From: a bacterium
Lineage (GTDB): Bacteria; SM23-31
DNA: 64,000 nucleotides
Reading direction: 5' to 3'
Assembly: GCA_965249485.1 (NCBI GenBank)
Contig: OZ252239.1
Location: 96,001 to 160,000 of the forward strand
Shown: positions 30,601-40,606 of the stretch, in pieces
How the letters are laid out: each line of letters begins with the position of its first letter
How positions within the stretch are numbered: the stretch's first letter is position 1
Position numbers and translations under genes: made by a program
The notes under the pieces: generated by a model
Database searches by the model: none
What the model saw: only the letters and a program-made list of their open reading frames with translations
Told to the model about the DNA's origin: nothing

Positions 30601-32040
30601 TCAGGGAATCTCAAGCAGAATGTATATAAGCTGTCCGTTCCTTTCTATATGTGCAATTATCGTATCGCCTGATTTGAATTCTTCCAAAAATATTTTTATG
30701 TCTGCAATACTTTGTATACGATTTTTGTTGAGCACGTAGATGACGTCGCCGGTTCGCAACTGGCCATGAGAGCCCGAGCCCGGCATGCCGGAGCCCGTTG
30801 AACTTTGTGCCGCAACGACCACACCTTGAGAATATCGTAACGGTGGCAGCAGGGAACGCACTGTGTCATCAATATTTAAGACCAGTATTCCAAGTTTGGA
30901 GATTTGATTGTTTTCAGGATCAACCAATTTGTAAAATCTTTCCGGGTCGTTTGGAAGTTCGATAACAGGAATTTGGAACACCATTGTTTCTGAACCACGT
31001 TGAATTTCGAGCGTTACGATATTTCCTATGGAACGATTGTAGAGATTAACGTCAAACTGTCTTCCATTCTCCATAATTTTCCCGTCAAGGGACACAACGA
31101 CGTCGCCGGTTTCAAGTCCTTCCCTGTCAGCAGGACTGAACGGGTACACGTCACCGAGAATAATTCCCCAATCCCTGCTTAGTTCAAGACCTTTTGCGAG
31201 TTCCGGTGTGATCGTTTGTGCGTTTACACCGATTTGTCCTCGGCGAACTCCTCCGTAAACCCGTATCTGATTATATACGTTTTTGACTATATTGCTGGGT
31301 GCGGCAAAACCGATACCTTCATTTCCTCCCGATTGGGACAGAATAAACGTATTGATTCCGACAACTTGGCCGCTCGCATCGATGAGGGGGCCTCCGCTGT
31401 TTCCGGGATTGATTGAGGCATCGGTCTGAATATAGATCATAGGGTCATCGGGACTCAGTTGGCGGGCTGCCGAGCTAATCACTCCCATACTTACAGAATT
31501 ATCCAGACCAAGGGGGCTTCCGAAGGCAAAGAAGAGTTGTCCGGGACGTAGTTCTTCCGAATCTCCCAATTCTAATACAGGAAGCCCGGTAACCGGGATC
31601 TTGAGGACGGCAATGTCTGTTTCCGAATCGACTCCAAGAACTTCCGCATCGATCAATTCACCCCGCGGTTTTAATATCGAATGTCCGGGAGAACCGTTAT
31701 TTTTACGTGCCAACACAATCTGGACACGCTGAGCGCCGTTGACAACATGGGCATTCGTAACAATATAGCCTTCTTCACCCAGTATGACACCCGACCCGCC
31801 TTGAATTTGGCGCGTTATCGAGTTCCCGGATTGACCATAGCCCTGAGGAACAACATACCCAGAAGCAAACACCTGCACAATTGATGGACCGGCTTGCTCC
31901 GAGAGCGCTTCAAATGATTCGCTTACTCTGTTCAAATCAATCGAATCAAGATCCTGAGAATATACCTGAATACCGCTAAAAACGGAATAAAACACAGCCG
32001 GAATGACAAGGAGGAAATAGTGTGCTCGATATAATCTCAT
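30601..32040 (-). CDS. HtrA/DegP-family serine protease with two PDZ domains
   Basis: GSGVI, TNAHVV, DIAVLK, IQTDASINPGNSGGPL. Confidence 0.95.
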   Translation of the reverse strand: MRLYRAHYFLLVIPAVFYSVFSGIQVYSQDLDSIDLNRVSESFEALSEQAGPSIVQVFASGYVVPQGYGQSGNSITRQIQGGSGVILGEEGYIVTNAHVVNGAQRVQIVLARKNNGSPGHSILKPRGELIDAEVLGVDSETDIAVLKIPVTGLPVLELGDSEELRPGQLFFAFGSPLGLDNSVSMGVISSAARQLSPDDPMIYIQTDASINPGNSGGPLIDASGQVVGINTFILSQSGGNEGIGFAAPSNIVKNVYNQIRVYGGVRRGQIGVNAQTITPELAKGLELSRDWGIILGDVYPFSPADREGLETGDVVVSLDGKIMENGRQFDVNLYNRSIGNIVTLEIQRGSETMVFQIPVIELPNDPERFYKLVDPENNQISKLGILVLNIDDTVRSLLPPLRYSQGVVVAAQSSTGSGMPGSGSHGQLRTGDVIYVLNKNRIQSIADIKIFLEEFKSGDTIIAHIERNGQLIYILLEIP

Positions 32041-32065
32041 TTTTTCACCATCTTATATGCATTAT

Positions 32066-32250
32066 ATGATATTCTCAATATCAATCTTCTGAAAGAAAAT
32101 AAATTTTGGTTTGTGCTGAAATATGACACTTTTTTGAGATGTGGTATACTTGGTCAGAGCGTACTAGTATTTGGATATTAATGGTAAGGTATGCAATTAA
32201 CTTTTACAAGTGTTTCCTGTTCCTCGGGCTGCACGATTTGTGAACTTTTT
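32066..32250. repeat. Long junction element, family A copy 7
   Basis: AAAGAAAATAAATTTTGGTTTGTGCTGAAATA shared with copy 6; core TCCTCGGGCTGCACGATTTGTGAACTT. Confidence 0.88.
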
Positions 32251-32290
32251 CAATGAAGGTTGACTACCCTTCAATAACTTAGTCACCACA

Positions 32291-33916
32291 CTACCATGGC
32301 AAAGGCGCAATGCGGGGGAGTTTTTCATCACGCATTGCAGCATGGTACGCAAAAGTCGCCACGACCACTGCCGTCTGCATCATGCCTTCCGGAAAGAGGC
32401 GTTCATATACGTCCATATTGATATGGGCGATCCAATCATCCATATCATATCTATCATGATTAAAATAAAAACCTGGCAAACCAATTGCCGTGTACGCTCT
32501 ATGCGCACTTCCGCTTGTGGAAAGATGTGACATCCCAATGCTATGCAAAGGTTTTATCCATTCTGTAAATATTTCCCGGTAAACTTCGTTTTCCTGGATG
32601 GAAAGAGTCCTGATTTTGCCGGGACCGATATCCTGATTGAAATATGCAACAAGATTATTATAATCCTTTTTGTATTCCTTTGTTGCCGCGTCGGCATAGT
32701 TTCTGTCTACATAACTCTGGTGACCACTATCACCAGCTCCATCATGCCCACCCCACAGACCAACACGAATAGTCCTCCGCGGTTTAACCCCGATCGCCTT
32801 TAAAATACGCATCGCTTCAATGGAAGTAGTTGATCCGGCAGCATCATCTATGGCACCGGTTCCATGAGGATAACTCTGAAGATGACCCCCAACCATAACT
32901 ATTTCATGCACCAGGTCTGTACCGGGTATCTCGGCAATGACGTTAAAATCAGTCGGGTCGCCTCGGTATACGGTTGTCCTGATCTCGACTTCCATTTCAA
33001 CAGGAATGCCCTCTTCAAGAATATGCATGATTCGGTTATAATGTTCCACTGCCAATACCAGCTCAGTGGGCTGGGTAGGTGCATTAACTTCCCATAGCCT
33101 CTCTGTTTCGCCATTCCCGTCTATGTCCAAGTATCGAGACATTCCAGCAACGGATCCGAAATAATGAACGGAATCCGTGTGTGCAATTGCCACGGCACCC
33201 TCAGCAAATACAAAATCCATAAGTTGCTGTCTCAATACATAGGAGCCGCGGCTACGACGCTCTCTAACGACAGGGTGACCTATGGGAACTTTAGCCAACT
33301 CATCGAGCCGTTCTTCGGACCACTCTACTGGATAGCCGTTTTCATGGCAAAAGGTGCCTGCCCGGTTCCACATTTGGACACCAAAATAGGGCGAGATTTC
33401 CTGTATCGGTTCTATGAAAACGATTCGGCCCCGTAATTTTCCACGGTAATGTTCCAATTCCGCTACCGAGGTGATTTCATCAAAGTTGATGTGGATGCCA
33501 TTCGCCCGAACTTTTCCATTTGTACCGGATGACCACAGTGCGGGGAAAGCAATAAGCGGCATATAATCTGGGGATGTCATGTGCACTGAAACGTAATCAA
33601 AATCCCAGCCGTTACCAAACTCATACGGATCAAGATGTGCATTTGTGAGACCATACTCTTTGAGCCGGTCTCGAGCCCATTCTGCCGCTGCACGATACGA
33701 AGGCGTTTTCGCATACCGTCCACCAAAAATATTGGTCAGCATGTTGGCAGTCTCCATAACATCAGAATTTTTAAATTCAAAATCCATGAGCTTCTGTACT
33801 ACATCGTAATAGACTGGTTCAAAGACCGGTTTGTAACCCTGCTCTTGTGCAGATACGGAAGACACTGTCATAAGAAGTAAAAATAAACCGGCTATGAAAA
33901 CGCACTTTGTGTTCAT
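32291..33916 (-). CDS. Secreted M28 peptidase-like protein (carboxypeptidase Q type) with altered active site
   Basis: NVIAEIPG, GGHLQS, GTGAIDD, RRTIRVGLWGGHDG, YFNQD. Confidence 0.85.
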   Translation of the reverse strand: MNTKCVFIAGLFLLLMTVSSVSAQEQGYKPVFEPVYYDVVQKLMDFEFKNSDVMETANMLTNIFGGRYAKTPSYRAAAEWARDRLKEYGLTNAHLDPYEFGNGWDFDYVSVHMTSPDYMPLIAFPALWSSGTNGKVRANGIHINFDEITSVAELEHYRGKLRGRIVFIEPIQEISPYFGVQMWNRAGTFCHENGYPVEWSEERLDELAKVPIGHPVVRERRSRGSYVLRQQLMDFVFAEGAVAIAHTDSVHYFGSVAGMSRYLDIDGNGETERLWEVNAPTQPTELVLAVEHYNRIMHILEEGIPVEMEVEIRTTVYRGDPTDFNVIAEIPGTDLVHEIVMVGGHLQSYPHGTGAIDDAAGSTTSIEAMRILKAIGVKPRRTIRVGLWGGHDGAGDSGHQSYVDRNYADAATKEYKKDYNNLVAYFNQDIGPGKIRTLSIQENEVYREIFTEWIKPLHSIGMSHLSTSGSAHRAYTAIGLPGFYFNHDRYDMDDWIAHINMDVYERLFPEGMMQTAVVVATFAYHAAMRDEKLPRIAPLPW

Positions 33917-34022
33917 AATCCCTCCTGATATACGTTCAAATCTTAAAAAGAGCTTAAGTATAGGTATGTGTTAAATTTTAGCTAAAATTCATTATTCGAG
34001 GGACAAAATAAATATAACACCG

Positions 34023-34919
34023 TTAAATACCAAACAACTCGCTGAGCAGTGAGCTACCTGGTGACACCATAATTTTTGAAACGGTCTGTTCATAAACTTC
34101 GTATAACTGAGGCATTTTTTCCTTCAGTTCGGCTCTATTTCTTATCGTCCATTCTGTTCCATTCGAGCCAAAGACCTCCTGGAGGTCCCATGCAGTGAAA
34201 ATGATCCAGTATCCGAATTCTTGAAGTGAGACCCGTATTCGGCGTTCTTCATCTTCGATCCGGTCGTAGGAACTTATGTCATAATAACCTTTTTCGACCG
34301 CCTCCAGCATAAACTGATAGAGCTTCGATTCGGTCGTAACAGCCCATTCCTCGGGAAATGCATAATGAAGTCCTACGTCATTCGCATAGTGTAAGATATG
34401 TTCAACTACTTCTACCACCTGATCTCTATCTCCAACTTCATATTCCATTATTACATCGCATACACTGTTCTGACTTCTTGTAACATTCCACGCCGCCTGA
34501 CCTTCGGGAGAAGTGATACGATCACTTCCTTTATAGAGAGGAATCAATGCATTGTACTCATACATATTCCTGATAAATTCCTCCTGAAGTGCACTGTCGA
34601 TAGAGCCGCCCTGCGGAAAAATCTCAGTGATTGTCTGAGCGACTCTCAGCATAAAGTCATCTGTAATGTCATCCCGGCCAACCAGGGTATAGCCATAAAC
34701 CGTGACTTTTTTTGTGAATGGCGGGTATTCGTCTGTAGGGACGATGACAGTATTTAAATACAGATTAGCTGGTGCTGCGGTTGCTCGTGCAAGCATGATA
34801 CATCCCCCATAATGGGTCTTTGCTGTATCAGTCGATACTGATTCAGCAGTTTCTGAACTACAAAAACTCAGAAATAAAGTCAAAGAAAGGATTACACAAA
34901 AAACAGGTCGAATAGACAT
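34023..34919 (-). CDS. Lipoprotein, zincin-like (EVVEHILH)
   Basis: Lipoprotein-like signal LSFC; EHILH motif and downstream QE; paralog of 43892..44787. Confidence 0.65.
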   Translation of the reverse strand: MSIRPVFCVILSLTLFLSFCSSETAESVSTDTAKTHYGGCIMLARATAAPANLYLNTVIVPTDEYPPFTKKVTVYGYTLVGRDDITDDFMLRVAQTITEIFPQGGSIDSALQEEFIRNMYEYNALIPLYKGSDRITSPEGQAAWNVTRSQNSVCDVIMEYEVGDRDQVVEVVEHILHYANDVGLHYAFPEEWAVTTESKLYQFMLEAVEKGYYDISSYDRIEDEERRIRVSLQEFGYWIIFTAWDLQEVFGSNGTEWTIRNRAELKEKMPQLYEVYEQTVSKIMVSPGSSLLSELFGI

Positions 34920-34939
34920 AATTGAGCTCCTTTATTTAA

Positions 34940-35122
34940 TATATATTCTCTAATCAATTCTTAAAAAGATCTTAATTAACAGGTATGTGTTTAATGAAGA
35001 CAAATATGAAAATGTGATATACGTGGTCAGAGTGTACTAGTACTTGGATATATATGGTAAGGTATGTAATTTGCTTTTACAAGTGTTTTCTGGTCCCCAG
35101 GCTGTATGATTTGCGAAGTTTT
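34940..35122. repeat. Long junction element, family A copy 8
   Basis: Leader near-identical to 47944-48030; core GTCCCCAGGCTGTATGATTTGCGAAGTTTT. Confidence 0.85.
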
Positions 35123-35146
35123 AAAGTTGAATTTCAGCCATACATT

Positions 35147-35983
35147 TTACGGATATGTTTGAATCTCAAATGTCTGAGCACTGTAATTCCCATCTGGCAG
35201 CGCGATAGGTAACATATACTCTGGATTGGTAAGCAACGCATAAATAGTAGGGTCACCGGATTGCACTTTCTCTTTCGTTCTCAAAGTCCATTGATCTCCT
35301 CCCCTGTTTAAATTCCCGGGATAATCTTGTCCTCCGAGTATCGATGTTAAACCCCAGTGAATATATTCAGAAATCTGGCATCTATAATGACATGTTTCGT
35401 CATAATAGGTATACCAGGCATCTTCAGGATATTGCTCTGGTACATTAATAAAATGTCCTCCTCTCGCTTCGTCCAATGCTTTAGTAATCTCGGTTACACC
35501 TTCTCTGCCAAATACTGATGGGTATGCACCAGCCCATCCATAGTCAGTTATCAAGTGAAGGACTTCTTCAAGTGCTTCGTCATATAAACCATTAGTTCCA
35601 AGCGGGCGTATATTATCAGTCCAGACATTTTGCCAGTTGCTAAATGGGACATCAATTGCCTGTAAATCTGCACTATTCTTTGCAGCAATCAGAGTAGCAT
35701 CCCTGTTCACCATCGCATCGACGATTGCCTGGCTGTCTGGCACACCATCCTCGTCATTATCCAGATATTCAGCCAGAACATTTGCGGCGTGGTGCACTTT
35801 GTCATCTCCGGTATTATTTGTTGCATAAATGTGGATTCCAAATACTATAACATGTTTGGTAATTGCCGATGTATTGAAGCTACCATTGCTATTGCTAATC
35901 GCATTTTCTTCTTCACAATTGGTAAACATAAGACTTATGATTACCAGCCATATCGATACAATGGATTTCATGCTGATCTCCAA
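35147..35983 (-). CDS. Lipoprotein, zincin-like (LEEVLHLIT)
   Basis: FTNC lipobox-like signal; LAEYLDNDEDG, EEVLH, C.Y.CQISEY. Confidence 0.65.
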   Translation of the reverse strand: MEISMKSIVSIWLVIISLMFTNCEEENAISNSNGSFNTSAITKHVIVFGIHIYATNNTGDDKVHHAANVLAEYLDNDEDGVPDSQAIVDAMVNRDATLIAAKNSADLQAIDVPFSNWQNVWTDNIRPLGTNGLYDEALEEVLHLITDYGWAGAYPSVFGREGVTEITKALDEARGGHFINVPEQYPEDAWYTYYDETCHYRCQISEYIHWGLTSILGGQDYPGNLNRGGDQWTLRTKEKVQSGDPTIYALLTNPEYMLPIALPDGNYSAQTFEIQTYP

Positions 35984-36144
35984 AAGTCAATTTTTAATAT
36001 TAATTTCACATGATTCATTTAAAAAACTGCCTGACATTTAAAGAGCATTAAACAAACTGCGCGCTAATACTTCTGCAGGTAACCGCCGTATACTCCTTCT
36101 TCTCCAATCAAGCTGTATTCAATTGGATAAGGAAACCTGGAGCA

Positions 36145-37623
36145 TCAATTAGGAAATGCTGACAGGATAAACTCTGCGATGTCGTTTTTCATCTTAACCA
36201 GGGACGGTTTGTTTATATACATCATATGGCCGGCTTCATAGTAAGCGAGCGTGATACGCTCCCGTAGTTCTGGATTGAAGTCGAATTGAGTAAATGAAAA
36301 TTCCGCCCAATAATAAAACTTATCGTAGTAACCGTCTGCCACCATCACTTTAAGATGCATATTCTGAGCCATTGCATTGCGCAAGGTTTTCAAAATATCC
36401 AGCGAAGGGGCAGGATTCCATGGACGAACTTTTGCGGAGACTTCGTATTTTAGATCTGTCTCATATTCAAGTTCTTTCTGGATATAACTATTGATTGTTG
36501 CCTTGAAAGCACCACTAATCGAAGCACTTGCAGGATCGAATTCATATAGTTCACCGGCGGCATCTGAATCGATTCCTGTAAACCTGCTGTCCATGGTTCC
36601 TATGGTACGGTTCTCTCCACGAAGCAGCTCTTTCCTGAAGCGATCATGCCTGATACGCAAGTGTGCACTCTTGATGTAACTCGGGGAAAGACCTGTGTAT
36701 CGGGACAGTTTCCGGACAATTGTCTCTATTTCATTATCAGAAAGCCGGTTTCCCTTTAACAACACCAAGGCATATTCATTAAGTGCAAACGCCTCAACTT
36801 CATCGAGCACTAAGCGCAATGGTTTGTCTTGAAGGTCTGAGGCAATTTTCTTGTGGTACCAGGCTGTAGCAGCGTAATATGGAAGGTACAACGCATATTC
36901 CATAATCCCGGCGTTAACATAATCCATTACGGTTTTTCCGGTAGATACAAGTATAATTCCGTTTAAATAGATTCCCACGTTATTTTGAAGATGCCCTGAT
37001 AATCCTGCTGCACGCCGAGCCCCATAACTCTCACCGAGAAGGAATTTAGGAGAATCCCATCGTTTGTATCTCGTGATGTATAAGCGGATGAAGTCGCCCA
37101 CTGACACCATATCCTCAATGAGACCATGGAACTTTTTTGGGTCAATGTCAGAGACTGCCCTGCTGTATCCGGTAGATACCGGGTCAATGAATACAAGATC
37201 GGCAACATCCAGGATAGAGTATTCGTTGTTAACGAGTTTGTACGGGGGCGGAAAGCCAAATCCTTTGTCGTCAAGAAAAACTCTCCTTGGACCTAACAAT
37301 CCCAGGTGCAGCCAAACCGATGCTGCGCCAGGTCCGCCGTTGAACGAAAAAAGTAGCGGGCGTTTACTTATATCATTAACGCCATCTTTGGTATAAGCAA
37401 TAAAGAATATGTTTGCTAACGTTTTGCCTTTTTCATCAGTGAGGGGGATCGTTCCAGCCGTTGCTGTGTACTGGAGCATATTCCCCGCTATTTCGACTTT
37501 GTGATGAGTGGTCGACGCATTAGCATTCTCTTCCGGGTGGGTGGCTTCTTGGGCCTTCAAGTTGGAACTGTTCAAGATGATAAAGAAGGTTATAAAAATA
37601 TAGCCGATCTTATTCAATTTCAT
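36145..37623 (-). CDS. S10 serine carboxypeptidase
   Basis: FNGGPG, IDPVSTGYS, GESYG, AGHMMY. Confidence 0.95.
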   Translation of the reverse strand: MKLNKIGYIFITFFIILNSSNLKAQEATHPEENANASTTHHKVEIAGNMLQYTATAGTIPLTDEKGKTLANIFFIAYTKDGVNDISKRPLLFSFNGGPGAASVWLHLGLLGPRRVFLDDKGFGFPPPYKLVNNEYSILDVADLVFIDPVSTGYSRAVSDIDPKKFHGLIEDMVSVGDFIRLYITRYKRWDSPKFLLGESYGARRAAGLSGHLQNNVGIYLNGIILVSTGKTVMDYVNAGIMEYALYLPYYAATAWYHKKIASDLQDKPLRLVLDEVEAFALNEYALVLLKGNRLSDNEIETIVRKLSRYTGLSPSYIKSAHLRIRHDRFRKELLRGENRTIGTMDSRFTGIDSDAAGELYEFDPASASISGAFKATINSYIQKELEYETDLKYEVSAKVRPWNPAPSLDILKTLRNAMAQNMHLKVMVADGYYDKFYYWAEFSFTQFDFNPELRERITLAYYEAGHMMYINKPSLVKMKNDIAEFILSAFPN

Positions 37624-37710
37624 ATTGTTTTTCCTCCGAGCGTTTTATTTTAAATTGATATCCCCATATCAACCCGCTGAAAGAGATCAATATGGATTTA
37701 AAGAGGCTTT

Positions 37711-37833
37711 ATGACAGGCATCCCGAAAAGTATTCAGATGCTGAAGATCAGTCATTTTTACAAAGCAGACCCCGAATATTGCTCACAAATCGCGAAAGGT
37801 CTCGATATCAGCACCGACGAAACAAAGGGATAA
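37711..37833 (+). pseudogene. C-terminal remnant of a monofunctional catalase
   Basis: Translates MTGIPKSIQMLKISHFYKADPEYCSQIAKGLDI..., matching the catalase C-terminal HFYKADPxYG...A.GL motif. Confidence 0.7.
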
Positions 37834-38195
37834 CGTATGGGCGTTTTTTATCAAAAGTTTTGCAATCATATAAACGTATCTAAGAAGGTAGATTCCGGAT
37901 TATCCGTTAGCTCCAAAGAACAGGCGTAATACGAGGAAAAAGCTATGTCGAAGGTGTAAGCTGTCCTTAAGGAAGAATGAAAAAAGTAATAGAATGGGCA
38001 CCGGTGAATTATTTTAACCCAGCGCCTATTATATACTTCTTGTCACTGATGGCTGCCTACTGTACATCGTCAGAACATGTGTTCGGAAAAATTGATAAAC
38101 ACGACAGAGATAGATACAAACTGCACTACCAATTTGTATGCATTTAATAGTTTATTACAACAATGTATAGAGAAAATTTCAATAGTATACGTGTG

Positions 38196-39860
38196 TTAAT
38201 CCAATTCTGCAACAAGATCCTCACTCAGCATCGAGGGAGCCCAGTATTTCTCGATATATTCAACCATTAACCGTGTCCCTTCGTCATGACTGACATATGG
38301 ATAATTTTGAGGGTCGTACATCGAATCGGTCATATCACGCACCAAGACGCAATTTATTCCCCAGGCTTTCATTTGTCGTAACGTGAAAGAACGTGTCAAA
38401 ATGCAATAATTGGTATGCACGCCCATAACAATAAGGTTTTTGATTCCTTGCTGCTGGTAAAAGTTGTACGTTTCAACCCCGCTGTCCGAAATGCCGTCGT
38501 ACTCACCGATATCGATAAGAGAAATTTGACGTGTCCATGCACCATAGCCAATGTCGCCGTCAACCTCGCATTCATCTTCATCTTCAATAGGTTTGGGATA
38601 TTCAGAAAAATCATCTGAAAGTTCGTCAGCTATGAGCGGAGAAGGCTTTGGTACATCCGGTGCATTTATCATTCGTATTCTTTGAGGCCAGTCATCGTAA
38701 AAACTCATCGTTCCGCTCGGAGCATGAATTATTTGAATGCCTTTTTCCCGTGCTTGTTTGAGGACGGGATTCATCCTTATAGCCAATTCCCTGACTCTCT
38801 CCGAGGAAGCTGAGCACCAGTGTTGATCCCACATATCACAAATTATAATTGCCGTCTCGGAAATTTTCCAGTTCTTTTCTAATGCCAGTTCCTGCCAAGT
38901 ATCGTTTCCGTTCGTGACCTCTTTACGGCTTCTCATAACCAGATTCATTTCTCCGGTTGGCATTGGCCTTTGTTTCGGCTCAGGCCTCTCTTTATACTCG
39001 GGCTCACGGTTACCAGTCCAGAAAAGGGCATTGGTCACCAGCTTTTTGTATGTTGAGCTTTTCCAATCCTGAAGCCCGCCAATTGCAATATAACATATTC
39101 TGGCGCCATTAAAGGTCCGCACCCATACCGACGGTTCCGATATGTCATATTCCCTGTTATAATAGAGTAACGGCCCGTCTTGATTAGACACATCTTTATT
39201 TGGTATATAACCGGTCATTAATGCCTGAACATCAGGTGCCACAGGACCTGTTTTATACAGGCTATACCGTGAAGTTAAATTTTTAATACCTTTTAACACG
39301 GGATGATTCTCCGCGCCCGGTTCAATCCTAATTCTCTGAGTAAATCCTGTAATAACACCTTCCGGATCGGGAATACGGTTCCCATTTACATCTTGTACCG
39401 GCTGTTCAGGAGCTCCTTCATAATGATCATTATAGTTGCCACCAAGAACGAGCTTATCAAACTCCAACCAGTTCTGAAGTCCGTGGCTCGCCGTCCGGAT
39501 TGCGACCAGCGGCCTGCCGGAAGTTATATAGTTTTTCACGGCTTCCAACTGTTCCCCATCAATCGTAATACGGCGTGTAAATAATAACAGAACATCACAA
39601 TCATCAAGCGCTTCAAGCCCCTGTAGGTTGGAATATTCACCTTTAAAATTAATTTCGCCGTCTGCCTGGAGCATTGTGACCCGGACATTCTCAACAGTCT
39701 CTTCGAGATAGTTCTTGTAATCATTGAGTGATATATCTGAAAAATACTCGTTAGAGCCGGAAATAAATACAATCTTATATGGATCGGATTGACCGCATGT
39801 AAGCAGGATCGAGCAGCAAAATAAAATCGTAAAGAGTATTGAGGACAATTTCTTCATCAT
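38196..39860 (-). CDS. Lipoprotein fusion of ThuA-like (class I GATase-like) and isochorismatase-family domains
   Basis: IRTASHG, LGGNY..H in the N-terminal part; IICDMWDQHWC and GVHTNYC in the C-terminal part. Confidence 0.85.
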   Translation of the reverse strand: MMKKLSSILFTILFCCSILLTCGQSDPYKIVFISGSNEYFSDISLNDYKNYLEETVENVRVTMLQADGEINFKGEYSNLQGLEALDDCDVLLLFTRRITIDGEQLEAVKNYITSGRPLVAIRTASHGLQNWLEFDKLVLGGNYNDHYEGAPEQPVQDVNGNRIPDPEGVITGFTQRIRIEPGAENHPVLKGIKNLTSRYSLYKTGPVAPDVQALMTGYIPNKDVSNQDGPLLYYNREYDISEPSVWVRTFNGARICYIAIGGLQDWKSSTYKKLVTNALFWTGNREPEYKERPEPKQRPMPTGEMNLVMRSRKEVTNGNDTWQELALEKNWKISETAIIICDMWDQHWCSASSERVRELAIRMNPVLKQAREKGIQIIHAPSGTMSFYDDWPQRIRMINAPDVPKPSPLIADELSDDFSEYPKPIEDEDECEVDGDIGYGAWTRQISLIDIGEYDGISDSGVETYNFYQQQGIKNLIVMGVHTNYCILTRSFTLRQMKAWGINCVLVRDMTDSMYDPQNYPYVSHDEGTRLMVEYIEKYWAPSMLSEDLVAELD

Positions 39861-40177
39861 TATTCCTTCCTTTAAAATATGATAGAGATTTGCAGAAAAA
39901 TTTATCGCTTGGACGTTGGCTTATGTAACGTATTATATTGTAAATAAACAATACTGACCGGAGAATGTTTGCCGCCCGGACAATCGCATTTCCTTTTGCA
40001 ATACCCCCCCGATCAATCATGCGCTCCGAATATCTCCAACTCAATCAAATAGTTCTTTTTATTTATTAAAATTTTTCGATTATCAACGGGAGAAAGTATC
40101 TTTTCCAGTTCCAAGGATCCAGGTTTTCGATGGTGACCATCTCGAAAACCATAAAATATGAGAACAGGTGGAATTGT

Positions 40178-40282
40178 TGGTACGTCGTTAGAGCATGATG
40201 GTATAGTATTGTTAAATTTAAGAAGTACATTGAGCTGTTACAAGTGTTTCCTACTCATTGGGCTGTACAATCTGCGAAACTT
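40178..40282. repeat. Junction element, family A copy 9
   Basis: TGGTACGTCGTTAGAG...TTACAAGTGTTTCCTACTCATTGGGCTGTACAATCTGCGAAAC. Confidence 0.75.
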
Positions 40283-40342
40283 CAATAATTATCTATATTA
40301 AGTATATTTAGAAGTTTAATTATCAACTCCTAATTCATATTT

Positions 40343-40582
40343 CTATTGTATCTCCTCTTTAAGTTTATCAATTGCTTGTTGAGGAATGTTATGACCTGCT
40401 TTTTTATGTTCTTCAATATGAGAAAGTACTTCAACTGCAGTATCAAAATGTTTGTTTTCATAAACATCTTTATCATCAAGTGCTTTAATTGGCTCGGTTA
40501 GTCTGCAATAACAACAAACTCTAATATTATCAGCTGCTTTATATATATGAACATCACCTTCTTTAAATGTACAATAAGCCAT
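40343..40582 (-). CDS. Small hypothetical protein with possible metal-binding CCxC/H..H residues
   Basis: 79-aa ORF with GAGG RBS directly after the aconitase. Confidence 0.6.
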   Translation of the reverse strand: MAYCTFKEGDVHIYKAADNIRVCCYCRLTEPIKALDDKDVYENKHFDTAVEVLSHIEEHKKAGHNIPQQAIDKLKEEIQ

Positions 40583-40606
40583 TACTATTCCTCAATTCTC
40601 TTATTT

